Source of the DNA: a virus
Lineage: Duplodnaviria; Caudoviricetes
Length of the DNA: 38,274 nt
Reading direction: 5' to 3' (one strand)
IMG/VR virus record: IMGVR_UViG_3300020181_000007
Coordinates: 1 to 38,274 of that record
Part shown: positions 1 through 8,754 of the stretch, in pieces
Layout: each line of letters begins with the position of its first letter
How positions within the stretch are numbered: position 1 is the stretch's first letter
Made by a program: the position numbers and the translations under genes
The notes under the pieces: generated by a model
What the model was told of the DNA's origin: nothing
Seen by the model: the letters and a program-made list of their open reading frames with translations, nothing else
Databases searched by the model: none

Positions 1-127
1 GTCGGGGTGGGCGTGGGCGAAGCGTTCTGAGTGGCAAGCCACGCCTCGAATTGCTCCAGCTTCGTCGGATCGACGCGGGTCAGCAGCTGTTCGCGCTTCC
101 ACTCGGCCACGACGAGCGCGTAGGGAT
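1..127. repeat. Terminal overlap, identical to 38148..38274
   Basis: Exact 127-nt direct repeat that falls in the middle of the scaffold ORF, typical of a circular assembly. Confidence 0.97.
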
Positions 128-635
128 CAGGGCTGGACGCGACCTTCTGGTTGAAGAACGGGTCTTGGGCGCAGCGTTCGAAACCCCATTGGTGCGCAGC
201 CTGGACGGTCTCCGCGCCAAATTGGATTTCTGCGATGCGCTTGGAAAACTCGCGCTTCTGCTCGAACAGGGCCGCCTGGATGGCGTGCTGCTGAGCGGCC
301 TCGTAACCCTCCGGATCCTCGTAGCGGTCGGGGATCGGCTGGGCGCGGGCCTGGGCTTCCTGTTGCGCCCGCCATTCCTCAAGCTCCCGGGCCCTCCTTT
401 CGGCGGTCTGGCGCTTCTCCCGCTCGTCGAGCAGCGCCGCGAGGGGCGCGTGCAGCTCCGGGGCGGGCTGGGGGGCGGGTTCCGGCTCTTGCGACGCAGG
501 CTGCGGCTCCGGAGCGGGCTCCGGGGTCGGTTCCTGCTTGGGCTCCGGTGCGGGGTTCGCAGCGGGCTCCTGAGCGGGGCTTTCCAGCGCAGACGTGGTT
601 TCGTCTTCGCCGGTCACGAAGGAAGGAAGGTCCAT
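1..635 (-). CDS. Scaffolding protein, N-terminal part (continues across the origin to 38009; ~257 aa in total)
   Basis: ATG at 635 after GAGG. Reads MDLPSFVTGEDE..., with a Pro/Glu-rich region and PLAALLDEREKRQ coiled coil. Lies between portal and capsid. Absent from the ORF track because it crosses the origin. Confidence 0.85.
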   Translation of the reverse strand, partial: MDLPSFVTGEDETTSALESPAQEPAANPAPEPKQEPTPEPAPEPQPASQEPEPAPQPAPELHAPLAALLDEREKRQTAERRARELEEWRAQQEAQARAQPIPDRYEDPEGYEAAQQHAIQAALFEQKREFSKRIAEIQFGAETVQAAHQWGFERCAQDPFFNQKVASSPDPYALVVAEWKREQLLTRVDPTKLEQFEAWLATQNASPTPTP

Positions 636-747
636 GATGATCCTCTTGCCGGTATCGTCGGCTTACGACAGCGCCCGTGCGGCGGCGGCCCGTGGTGCCT
701 CATCTCGGAGAGGCGGCCCGTATCGCCCGATTAAGCCCGGCGGCGGC

Positions 748-2577
748 TTAGAACCCCGGCTGCCCTGCAGTTAGCCAGCGGGATTGCATCTCGTGATCGC
801 GAGCCTCGCCCATCGTCTTGAGGGCGCGGGCGCGGGACTCTTCGGCTTGCGCCTCGGTGCGGCCGATGGTGGCGGCCTTCTCCCGAAGCTGCAGTTGCAT
901 GGCGGCTTGCTGCGCCGGGTCCGGCTGCGGCTGGCCCTGCTGCTGCATCCCCTGCTCGATCTCTTCGATGAGTTCGCGCTTCTTGGGGAGGTTGGAGTTC
1001 TGGATGAGCGCCTTCAGCGGCGGGCGCATACCAGCCTGCACCATCGCCGGCACCAGCTTGACGAGTTCTTGGAACTGCTCCTGCTGGACGTTCGCCGTGT
1101 CCTGTGTGCTGTCGACGATGATGTCGACGCCCATCTGGGCGACCGCGTTGCGCATCCCCAGGAACTGCGGGCGCATCACGACCTGGCGCGTCACCGGGTC
1201 GTACTGCGGGATGCCGGTGATCGGATCGAGAACCGGCGCAGGCTCGCCCCACACGGGCTCGTTGATCTGGATGAACTTGACCGCGTTCTCATCATCGGTG
1301 ACGCGGATGAACTTCGGCTCGGTCCAGAACTGCCGCACGCGCGACCAGCATTGGCGATAGATCCGAAGCTCCCAGTCCTCGAGGCCCCCGAACAGGTGGG
1401 CGAGTTCGGTAAGCCCGGCCTGCTGGCGCACCAGCTGCGCGCGGCCCGACTGGCTTTCACCCTGCCGGCCAAGGATGGCGGGATTGACGCTTGCGCGCTC
1501 GATCTCGCCCTTCGCCTCCTGCAGCAAGGTCAGGTCCATGCTGAACTTGTCGTTGGGGACGATGGAGTAGCCCGGCGGGATCACGCCGTCCGGCTTAGCC
1601 GCCTCGCGCCGCACTTCCTCGACGTCGGCATAGGCGGCGACCGGGTCGCTCTCCTGCACTTGGCGATAGGTGGCAAAGTGCGCGGCCTTCCGGCGATAGA
1701 CGTTGATCTCGTCTTGCGGCCCGACCATGTCCGCCACCACGCCGTAACGGGTGTTTTCGTCGTCGATGTAGGCGGACACCGCCTCAATCGGGCACATGGG
1801 CCGCTGCTTATCGTCAAGGTACGGGCTCGGTCCTTCCTCAAGCTTCAGGTCGCCGACGTAGACGCACTTCAGCCAGGTGCCGCCGCGCTTGTGGTACATC
1901 TCGACCACCAGCAGGCGCTTGCGCTTGGAGTCCGTCCACATCATCGAGTTGTTGTCGGGACGGTCGTTCCAAGTGCTGTCGCCGGTGTTGCCGGTGCTGA
2001 CGGCGTTGCGCAGGCCGGCTTCATGCTCGGGGTAGGCGGCAACGACGTCGTCGACGTACTGCCACTTCGCGACGCCCAGGTAGGACGCATCGGAGAAGTC
2101 CAGTTCGCGGCTGTACGGGTCGAAGAAGAACTCTTCGAAGCGCAGCCGGCGAAGGCGCACCTCTAGCTCGTCGTCGACTTCGACCAGAACCGCTGCAGTC
2201 CCTTCGACCAGCATGTTCCGGAAGCCGGACAGCTTCACCTGATGCCAGCGATTGACGTCGGTGACATAGCGCAGGGTGTCGGTCGCGACTTCGGCCGAAC
2301 CCTCGTCCTGCGGGGTGCGGGGATAGGCGCGAGGATCCGACTTACCGCGCTCGACAACGCCCACCATGCCCTCGACGCCGGGCCGAACGCGGTTGATGAC
2401 GAAGTCCGGCTGGCGCTTGCGGCGAAGCTCCCGCGCAAGCTTCTCGTCGACCTTGCCGTCATAGTAGCGGCGATGCTTCGTGGCCCGCTCCCGAGCCGTC
2501 TGTGTCATATCCCGCGCCTCGGTGAACAGGCGCTTGTAGGTGTCCAGGCTCGGAGAGTTGGTCACGCCGCCATCCAT
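748..2577 (-). CDS. Portal protein, P22-like
   Basis: 609 aa after terL. Motifs INRVRPGV, DPYSRELDFSDASY, RYGVVADMVGPQDEIN and a Q-rich C-terminal barrel. Confidence 0.92.
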   Translation of the reverse strand: MDGGVTNSPSLDTYKRLFTEARDMTQTARERATKHRRYYDGKVDEKLARELRRKRQPDFVINRVRPGVEGMVGVVERGKSDPRAYPRTPQDEGSAEVATDTLRYVTDVNRWHQVKLSGFRNMLVEGTAAVLVEVDDELEVRLRRLRFEEFFFDPYSRELDFSDASYLGVAKWQYVDDVVAAYPEHEAGLRNAVSTGNTGDSTWNDRPDNNSMMWTDSKRKRLLVVEMYHKRGGTWLKCVYVGDLKLEEGPSPYLDDKQRPMCPIEAVSAYIDDENTRYGVVADMVGPQDEINVYRRKAAHFATYRQVQESDPVAAYADVEEVRREAAKPDGVIPPGYSIVPNDKFSMDLTLLQEAKGEIERASVNPAILGRQGESQSGRAQLVRQQAGLTELAHLFGGLEDWELRIYRQCWSRVRQFWTEPKFIRVTDDENAVKFIQINEPVWGEPAPVLDPITGIPQYDPVTRQVVMRPQFLGMRNAVAQMGVDIIVDSTQDTANVQQEQFQELVKLVPAMVQAGMRPPLKALIQNSNLPKKRELIEEIEQGMQQQGQPQPDPAQQAAMQLQLREKAATIGRTEAQAEESRARALKTMGEARDHEMQSRWLTAGQPGF

Positions 2578-3842
2578 TCGTCGCCTCCCTCCTTCCTAGC
2601 GCCGCCGTAGTCCTTGCGGGGCTTCCGGCCTTCGCCATCCGGCGAGACCGGCTTGCGTGCACGGCGCAGCGCCTCGAGGGCGTAGCGCAGGGCGTCGATG
2701 ACGTGATTGTCCTTGTCCGCCAGCACCGGGAGGATCTGCCCCGTCAGCGGATCGGTCTTCCACGAATAGAGCGTCAGCTCGTCAATCGTGTGCTTGCAGC
2801 GCGGGTGAACGACGATGTCGAACGACCGCAGGAACTCGATGCCGTCTTCAAGGCTGCCAGGTCCTTTGATCGCCGGGACGATCCGGAAGCCCTGGCGCTT
2901 CATGTAGCTGACCGTTTCCGGCCGGGCGCTGTCCGCGGTGATGAGCCACTTTCGCGAACCAGGCACCGTGTCGAACAGGGCTGGCGTGGCGTCGATCTCG
3001 CAGCCGATCTGATAGGCTTCCCGGTCGATGTAGAGCGTGCGCCCAACGACGTAGGCGCGGACAAGAACGGTGGGGTCGACGGCGAAGCCCCAATCCGCTC
3101 CGAACCGCAGGATAGCATCGGCCGGCGTCTCGAACTCCTCGACGCGCCAGTTGCGGAAGACGCGGGCCTCGCTGTTGCGCCGATACTCGCCAAGCCAGAT
3201 GTGCGCGTATGCGTCAGCGTCCCGGCGGCGGTCGTATTCCATATCGCCCAGCATCGGGCTGTCGAAGAACCACGGATTGTCCGTATAGTTGATCTGCCGG
3301 ACGATGCTGCCAGGCGGCGGGCCGTTCTCGCCGCGGAACATCTGGTCGACGGGGTCGGTCGGCTGATCCGGGTTGTACGTCATCCATACCTCAGACCCGG
3401 CCTTCCGGATCGTCGGGCGGAGGATGTTCAGCGACTTCTGGCTGACCGAGGACGCTTCCTCAATCCAGGCGATGTCGAGACCTTCCATCGACTTGATGCC
3501 GTCGCTGTCGATGGCGCGCAGGCCTCGGAAGATGAACTGCGTACCGTTCGCGCCGCGTATCTCGTTCTCAAGGCTGCGGTAGAAGTTGCCGAGGCCGCAA
3601 GCGGCGATCTTGTCATCCAGCAGTTGCTTGACCGACTGCTGCAGGGTCAGCTGCACCTCTCGGAAGCACCCGATCCGCAACGGGCGCTCTGCACCCTTCA
3701 GCAGCGCTGCGGTGGCGAAGGTGTGGCTCTTGGCCGAGCCCCGGCCGCCCCACGCGACGCGGTAGCGAACCGGAAGCCCGTCGTCAGCCTTCGGGCTCCA
3801 CAGGAACTGGAACGCCTTCGGGATCTTCACCGTCGTCTGCAA
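2562..3842 (-). CDS. terL: Terminase large subunit (PBSX/Terminase_3 family)
   Basis: Walker A GGRGSAKS, IKSMEG..IAWIEEA Walker B, GADWGFAVDP and DNHVIDALRYA nuclease motifs. TTG start after GAGG. Confidence 0.95.
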   Translation of the reverse strand: MQTTVKIPKAFQFLWSPKADDGLPVRYRVAWGGRGSAKSHTFATAALLKGAERPLRIGCFREVQLTLQQSVKQLLDDKIAACGLGNFYRSLENEIRGANGTQFIFRGLRAIDSDGIKSMEGLDIAWIEEASSVSQKSLNILRPTIRKAGSEVWMTYNPDQPTDPVDQMFRGENGPPPGSIVRQINYTDNPWFFDSPMLGDMEYDRRRDADAYAHIWLGEYRRNSEARVFRNWRVEEFETPADAILRFGADWGFAVDPTVLVRAYVVGRTLYIDREAYQIGCEIDATPALFDTVPGSRKWLITADSARPETVSYMKRQGFRIVPAIKGPGSLEDGIEFLRSFDIVVHPRCKHTIDELTLYSWKTDPLTGQILPVLADKDNHVIDALRYALEALRRARKPVSPDGEGRKPRKDYGGARKEGGDEWMAA

Positions 3843-3981
3843 GCAGGGCCTCGATATCGGCTATCCGCGCATCAATGGCGGCGACGTTGCTGGCATAGCC
3901 GCCCTGGTCTCTGCGCTTGGCGGCCTTGCGCCGGAGGGTGGCGAGTTCGGCTTCCAGGGCCGCGCGCTCTTCGGGGGTCAC
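3784..3981 (-). CDS. Small helical hypothetical protein overlapping the terL start
   Basis: GTG start coupled to the upstream stop (GTGA); 65 aa; overlaps terL by 59 nt. Confidence 0.6.
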   Translation of the reverse strand: MTPEERAALEAELATLRRKAAKRRDQGGYASNVAAIDARIADIEALLADDGEDPEGVPVPVEPEG

Positions 3982-4121
3982 GGCACCCTTCCGATGAACC
4001 ACAGCAGCGAGGCGACGAACGCACAGGCCCAGGCGATGCGGTTGGCGTAGCGGACGGCGAACGACGCGGCGAGCTGGCCGGCGAAGAACGCGACGACGAG
4101 GATGGCGAAGAGGAGGTCCAT
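3978..4121 (-). CDS. Small two-TM membrane protein (47 aa)
   Basis: MDLLFAILVVAFFAGQLAASFAVRYANRIAWACAFVASLLWFIGRVP; AGGA upstream; below the ORF-track cutoff. Confidence 0.65.
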   Translation of the reverse strand: MDLLFAILVVAFFAGQLAASFAVRYANRIAWACAFVASLLWFIGRVP

Positions 4122-4129
4122 AGCGGTTC

Positions 4130-4468
4130 CTATGCGGCCAGGATTGCGATGATGGCCCAGAGCGCCTTGCAGGCGACGTGGATGCCCTGGTCGACGTTGA
4201 AGGTAATCTTACCGCGGCACTTGAGATCGTCTGTCACGGCGTGTGCAGCCGCCTCGACTACACCCAGCCACCAGAAGCCCGTTACGATACCGACAAAGCC
4301 CCCGTGTATGACCGAATGCCAGAACAACGCCTGTTGCCACGGGATGCCCGCCAGGGGAGCCACTCGGCTCTTCGCGCGGGCCAAGAAATCCCCCTGAAGC
4401 GGGTAATCTGCCAACGCGTGCCCAAACAGCATCAGCAGGAACAGAGCTGCGAAGCTTTCTTGGATCAA
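4130..4468 (-). CDS. DUF3307-like membrane protein
   Basis: His-rich motifs GHALADYPLQGDFLA, HSVIHG, HAVTDDLK, VDQGIH. Probable TTG start at 4468. Confidence 0.75.
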   Translation of the reverse strand: MIQESFAALFLLMLFGHALADYPLQGDFLARAKSRVAPLAGIPWQQALFWHSVIHGGFVGIVTGFWWLGVVEAAAHAVTDDLKCRGKITFNVDQGIHVACKALWAIIAILAA

Positions 4469-4612
4469 AGGCGCATTTCTCCAACGCGCCGCAAACGGTG
4501 GAGCCTCGCTCCTCGTTTGGGCTGGGCGGCCTGCCTCTCTGGGAGGCACCGTCTTATCAGGTCCAGGACCTTCAGCCGTCGTCCAGAGCCGCCGAAGCAG
4601 CCATTGCAAGTA

Positions 4613-4641
4613 ATGGTACTAGGCCGCCTGAAGTTTCGCAA
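4613..4641 (-). promoter_or_regulatory. Putative late promoter (pR'-like)
   Basis: TTGCGA-N17-TACCAT overlapping the NusG stop codon, followed by a hairpin-rich leader. Confidence 0.6.
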
Positions 4642-5128
4642 CATCTAGCGTCATTGTGCCCGAGCGGCCGAACAGTGCGTAGAGAACCTGCACCCGATTA
4701 CCGCGGGCTTGCTTCACCGTCGCGATGAACCCGCTGAACGGTCCGGAGCTAATCCGCACCTGAGCGCCGGGCTTGATCTCGGGCTCCTTGCCCTTCGTGT
4801 CGTCGAAGGCCCCTGCCCGCTCAGCGTCGCGGATCGCGTTGACGGCTTCCGACGCAATGAACATCGGCCGAGGCTCACCACCTCGAGCGCGGATGAAGTC
4901 ATGCACGCCGTCGACGCCGAGCGCCGCGTGCTGCAACTCATCGGGCAGGCTGACGAACAGATAGCCCGGGAACAGCGGACGCTTCACGCGCTCCTTGCGG
5001 CCGGCATGTCGTCGCCAGTTGGTCGAGCACGGGAGGTAAACCTCAATGGCCGCGCTCAGCTGGGCCAAGCCCTCGGCTGCGCGCTTCTCCTGGCGGGTGG
5101 CGGATCGGATGCAGTACCAGGTCATCAC
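4619..5128 (-). CDS. NusG/RfaH-family transcription antiterminator
   Basis: NGN domain (WYCI..RQEKRA, PLFPGYLFV) and KOW domain (GAQVRISSGPFSGF..LFGR). Confidence 0.92.
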   Translation of the reverse strand: MMTWYCIRSATRQEKRAAEGLAQLSAAIEVYLPCSTNWRRHAGRKERVKRPLFPGYLFVSLPDELQHAALGVDGVHDFIRARGGEPRPMFIASEAVNAIRDAERAGAFDDTKGKEPEIKPGAQVRISSGPFSGFIATVKQARGNRVQVLYALFGRSGTMTLDVAKLQAA

Positions 5129-5505
5129 TCCCCCTCCGGGCTCACGAATACGACGCGGACGCTGCTTTCAATCGGACCGCCGTCAGGTCCAGTGTGTTCG
5201 TTCGTGACCTTGTCGCGCCATTCATCAGGTGCAGCGTTCTTCAGAGCGAAGATCCGGGCTGTAACGCGCGGTCCAACCTCGCTCGAAAGCAGCCCTTCCT
5301 CTAGCGAAGCGGTGCGCCTTGCTTGGCCGATCTTTACTGCTTCCGAAAACTCGGGGTGCGCAGCCATCCATTCGTTGATGGTCGAGCGGGCGCATTTGAT
5401 GTGACCGGCGAACGCGGTGAGGCTGTAGCCCTGCCCCATGAAGTCGATGACGGCTTCACAGTAGGCGGGATCATAGGTGCTGGGGCGGCCTGGGGGACGG
5501 GTCAT
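5125..5505 (-). CDS. terS: Terminase small subunit
   Basis: GRPSTYDP, HTH with TINEWMAAHPEFSEA, IFALKN..WRDK..EHTGPDGGPI. Confidence 0.88.
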   Translation of the reverse strand: MTRPPGRPSTYDPAYCEAVIDFMGQGYSLTAFAGHIKCARSTINEWMAAHPEFSEAVKIGQARRTASLEEGLLSSEVGPRVTARIFALKNAAPDEWRDKVTNEHTGPDGGPIESSVRVVFVSPEGE

Positions 5506-5595
5506 GGCTGCTCCGTGTTCCGGCTGGCGACGCGGGTGATCACCATGGCGGGCTCCTTTGCGGAGAGAACGCGTGAGGGAGTCTGGGGGCCTCGA

Positions 5596-5898
5596 TCACT
5601 GTTCGGCCTCCTGGGTTCGCTGGGCGGCGAGCGCGTCGGGGTACAGAGCGAGGCAAACTGCCTTTGCCGCTTCGAGCGCGCCGGGACCCCTACGGAGCTG
5701 CCCCCAACTCTTGCCCGTGAGAACACCCTCAAGCTCGGTCCAATCCAGACCTCCGCGCGAGTTCAGGCGCTCGAGGGTCTGGCCATGGTTGCGTTCCGCT
5801 TGCTCACGATGCGCCTTTGTGGGCTCCCACGTGAAGACCGGGCGACGCTGGCCGGCCCTGTGACCCGGCTCCATGATTTGCAGGCGAAGAGCGCTCAT
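5596..5898 (-). CDS. Hypothetical phage protein
   Basis: 100 aa, ATGA-coupled, with NHGQTLERLNSRGGL motif. Confidence 0.7.
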   Translation of the reverse strand: MSALRLQIMEPGHRAGQRRPVFTWEPTKAHREQAERNHGQTLERLNSRGGLDWTELEGVLTGKSWGQLRRGPGALEAAKAVCLALYPDALAAQRTQEAEQ

Positions 5899-6281
5899 CG
5901 TCCAGCCTCCTGAGGGGTGTTGGGTTGAGAGGCTTGGAGCATGGCGGTGTAGGCGGCGCGAAGGACGATGTGTGTGTTATTCTCGCCGCTGAAGTCGATG
6001 AGGTCGCATAACGGCGGGAACGGCCCTTCGTCGCCGTGCGCCTGGCTTTCCGACATCGCTCGGATGGCGGCGTAAGTCGGCTCCTTCGGCACAACCGCGT
6101 AGCCGGCTTGGTCGAGGGCTTTGAGGGCGGCCGCAGCCTTGTCTCGAGCGATCTTAACGCTGCGCTCGGCGAGATGCCGCCGGTGCGCCAAGGCCTTGCG
6201 CGGATCGTGCTCGACCTCGAGCAATTCGAACTCCCCGGGATCCATCGCCCGCGCCATCGCCTCCACGATCTCATCCTTCAT
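5895..6281 (-). CDS. Hypothetical phage protein (nin-like region)
   Basis: 128 aa with EAMARA, GYAVVPKEPT and AYTAML motifs typical of nin-region proteins. Confidence 0.72.
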   Translation of the reverse strand: MKDEIVEAMARAMDPGEFELLEVEHDPRKALAHRRHLAERSVKIARDKAAAALKALDQAGYAVVPKEPTYAAIRAMSESQAHGDEGPFPPLCDLIDFSGENNTHIVLRAAYTAMLQASQPNTPQEAGR

Positions 6282-6531
6282 GGCTTTGGCCTTTGGTGTT
6301 GGGGGTGCGATCGCACAGCATGCGGAAGCTGATGCGGTCCAGGCGAAGGGCGCGGCAGCACTGACCTTCGGACAGCAAGGCTTCGCGGTGGAGCCTTACA
6401 ACGAGTTCTAGGGCGCGCTGCCCAAGGTGACTCTCGGCCCGGCGGTATGACCCAGCGTGTCCCGCCGGCCCATACTTCTCGCGACGGGTCTTCCAAGCGC
6501 GCGCTCTCACCTCGGACAGAGCCCCCGTCAT
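6271..6531 (-). CDS. Hypothetical protein, possible C-terminal HTH
   Basis: 86 aa, coupled; LSEGQCCRALRLDRISFR. Confidence 0.65.
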   Translation of the reverse strand: MTGALSEVRARAWKTRREKYGPAGHAGSYRRAESHLGQRALELVVRLHREALLSEGQCCRALRLDRISFRMLCDRTPNTKGQSHEG

Positions 6532-6857
6532 TGGGGAGAGTCCTCGGAGGCGAGGGCTTGGCGGGCGGCATCAAAACCAGCCATGAAGTCACGGAACCGC
6601 TGCGCGTCTACCGACCGGTAGGGGAGCCCACCGTGCCGCTCGTCCCACCGCACGGGCTGCAGTTTCCCGCCGTACTCGCTTTCCAGGTGCGCCTGAAACG
6701 CGGGCACCAACGCACGACGGCCAGTCGTCTTCACGCAGCAATCCGATGGCGAGCAGCACTCTTCGCGACGCTCACAGTGTGTGCTGGGGCAATTGACCCA
6801 GTTCGGACCGGTGTTCGCCTTGCTCACGAAGCGCTCCCCCTCTTGGATCTTGCTCAT
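6528..6857 (-). CDS. Hypothetical Cys-rich protein
   Basis: 109 aa, GAGG RBS; CPSTHCERREECCSPSDCC. Confidence 0.65.
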   Translation of the reverse strand: MSKIQEGERFVSKANTGPNWVNCPSTHCERREECCSPSDCCVKTTGRRALVPAFQAHLESEYGGKLQPVRWDERHGGLPYRSVDAQRFRDFMAGFDAARQALASEDSPQ

Positions 6858-6965
6858 CGCCTCAGTCCTGTTCCGGCAACGCGGCAGAACGCCCGCAAGT
6901 CGGCACTCGGAAATATAGCACGAATGCCACCTTACCGCACAGTTTTACTTGAAGTTCCTTGCTCA

Positions 6966-7625
6966 TCACGCGGCCTTTTCTAAGACGGTGAGGTTCAGCG
7001 CGGCAAGGATCGGGCGTCCCTCGCGGACCAACTTGGAGCCCGCGTATCGCGTGGCCGGGATCAAGGCCCGCTCAGGCACGTCTTGCCAGGCACACGGGAG
7101 GAGGTACGAGCGGACCCATTCCTCCCCGAGCTTGGCGAGGAAGGCGTCCAGGACTTCCTTTGGTCCTAAAAAATCAATCTGCCCGGAGAGGGTAGAATGG
7201 CCGTATAGGCCATCTACCTCTCCGGATGCGGAAGAGGAGCAGCTCGCAAGCACTGCTTTTGGAGTGCTTGAAGCAGTGCTTTTAGCAGCCTTCGCACGGC
7301 CACCAGCGGCGGCACGTTCGACGTACTTTCGCTTCTTCTCCGACCAACGCTCCAGTTCCTCATCAGCCCGCTTCTGCCGCCAAACACCATCCACGATCCG
7401 GAAATAGCGGAGCATCACAGGGCGGCACGCACGCCAGCGCTTAGGGTCCATGCGGGCGATGGATGCGAGGGCGACGTCGTCGTCCGGGGGCGGTCCGTTG
7501 GTCCAATAGTCCATCAGGAGCAGCAGGTATGCGCCGTGCTGCTCCGTGGTGAGGCGCGAGGTGTCCTTCAGGTAGTCCCCGACGACTAGAGGCATCCACA
7601 CGTCGGGCTTGCTGTCACTGGTCAT
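6966..7625 (-). CDS. Replication initiator, YdaU/DUF1376 family
   Basis: WMPLVVGDYLKDTSRLTTEQHGAYLLLLMDYW N-terminus; linker contains iteron-like repeats. Confidence 0.88.
   Translation of the reverse strand: MTSDSKPDVWMPLVVGDYLKDTSRLTTEQHGAYLLLLMDYWTNGPPPDDDVALASIARMDPKRWRACRPVMLRYFRIVDGVWRQKRADEELERWSEKKRKYVERAAAGGRAKAAKSTASSTPKAVLASCSSSASGEVDGLYGHSTLSGQIDFLGPKEVLDAFLAKLGEEWVRSYLLPCAWQDVPERALIPATRYAGSKLVREGRPILAALNLTVLEKAA
7165..7285. other. Putative replication origin inside the initiator gene
   Basis: Palindromic AAGCACTGCTT (7248-7258) and AAGCAGTGCTT (7271-7281) with a half site between them, plus an A-tract at ~7167-7178. Confidence 0.6.
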
Positions 7626-8154
7626 CGGCTTCACCGATTTTCCGCCAGCAGATCGCGCAGAAGTACCTAAACCTACGCTCCCGGCCGAAACTTCTCATGT
7701 TGGCGCGGGTCGTGAGCGCCGCCTCGCGCACCACCTCGAAGGGCAAGCGCTCAAGGAACCGGAGAATGCTTTGGAAGCGCGCCTGCGTCGTCTCGGTCTC
7801 GCTGAACAACGCACCGACGACTTCCCACGCATCCCCTTCCATGCGCTCCTCGCGGGCGCGAATGATCTCGCGGTAGCCGGCGAGCTGGGCCTCGGCTTCC
7901 GCCACGCGGGCGGCGCGTTCAGCGAGGCTCTCAGGTACGACCGTCAGTGCGATAGCCGCCTTGCCCCGGTTGCAGTCGAAACACGCGGTGACGAGGTTGC
8001 TCTCGTCGTCTGTCCCGCCGAGCGCAAGCGGCTCAATGTGGTCCACCTCAAGGACGGCGCCCGGCGGCGTCGCGCCGCAATACTGGCAGGTGAATAGGTC
8101 CCGCTTGAAGACTGCGAAGCGCGTGCGCTTGGAGAGGTTGCGTCGCGGGCTCAT
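7615..8154 (-). CDS. HNH endonuclease
   Basis: RFAVFKRDLFTCQYCG, LEVDHIEP..GG..NLVTACFDCNRGK. Confidence 0.92.
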   Translation of the reverse strand: MSPRRNLSKRTRFAVFKRDLFTCQYCGATPPGAVLEVDHIEPLALGGTDDESNLVTACFDCNRGKAAIALTVVPESLAERAARVAEAEAQLAGYREIIRAREERMEGDAWEVVGALFSETETTQARFQSILRFLERLPFEVVREAALTTRANMRSFGRERRFRYFCAICWRKIGEADDQ

Positions 8155-8450
8155 GCGGCCACCTTCGACGGACGGACCCAGACCGTGCGCCCGTTGACGA
8201 TGCGGGCGGCGACGAAGCCACCCTGCGCCAGGCAGGCGGCCACGTAGGCGGCGTCTTGGTTCTCAAACGGCGTTAGAGCGTCCGGTAGGCGACCGCGGAG
8301 ATGAAGACCGCCACGGCGGATCTTCGCCAGCTTGGAGTCGACCGCCTTCTCAGTGCGCCCGAACTTCTCCGCGATAGCCTTGACGGTCACGCGGCGCTCG
8401 CGCAGCCGCAGCATCTCGAGGACGTCCTCGTCAGACCACTCAGCCTGCAT
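8151..8450 (-). CDS. HTH DNA-binding protein
   Basis: WSDED..KAIAEKFGRTEKAVDSKL. Confidence 0.7.
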   Translation of the reverse strand: MQAEWSDEDVLEMLRLRERRVTVKAIAEKFGRTEKAVDSKLAKIRRGGLHLRGRLPDALTPFENQDAAYVAACLAQGGFVAARIVNGRTVWVRPSKVAA

Positions 8451-8754
8451 TGGACTGGCCCAAGCGCTCGGCGTGGCGACGGACGCCGTGAATGACCGTG
8501 GTATGATCCCGGCCGAGGAAATCCCCGATCTGCGGGTAGGAGTAACGCGGCGAACCGTCCGACCACTTCATCTGACGAGCCCGCCACATGAAGTCCTGCC
8601 GGGCCTGGGCGATATGCGCCGTCTTCAGCAGTCCGAGGATCAACGATGGTTTGAGGTCGTATTCTTCTGCGACCTCTTCCAAGAGATAGCGCAGTGTCGG
8701 TCGGCGCACCTTCGCGGGCGCTTCTGGGCAGCTCAGGTCGGTGTGAAATCTCAT
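8440..8754 (-). CDS. DnaA C-terminal-like HTH protein
   Basis: IAQARQ..SYPQIGDFLGRDHTTVIHGVR. Confidence 0.85.
   Translation of the reverse strand: MRFHTDLSCPEAPAKVRRPTLRYLLEEVAEEYDLKPSLILGLLKTAHIAQARQDFMWRARQMKWSDGSPRYSYPQIGDFLGRDHTTVIHGVRRHAERLGQSNAG

Noticed and set aside
1-127. Biological direct terminal repeat
   Set aside because: The 127-nt length matches a common assembler k-mer and the repeat cuts the scaffold gene mid-ORF, so it is best read as a circularisation overlap
460-580. Short tandem GGCTCC-type repeats or a CRISPR-like array
   Set aside because: Explained by the Pro-Glu-Pro coding repeats of the scaffold protein; there is no repeat-spacer structure
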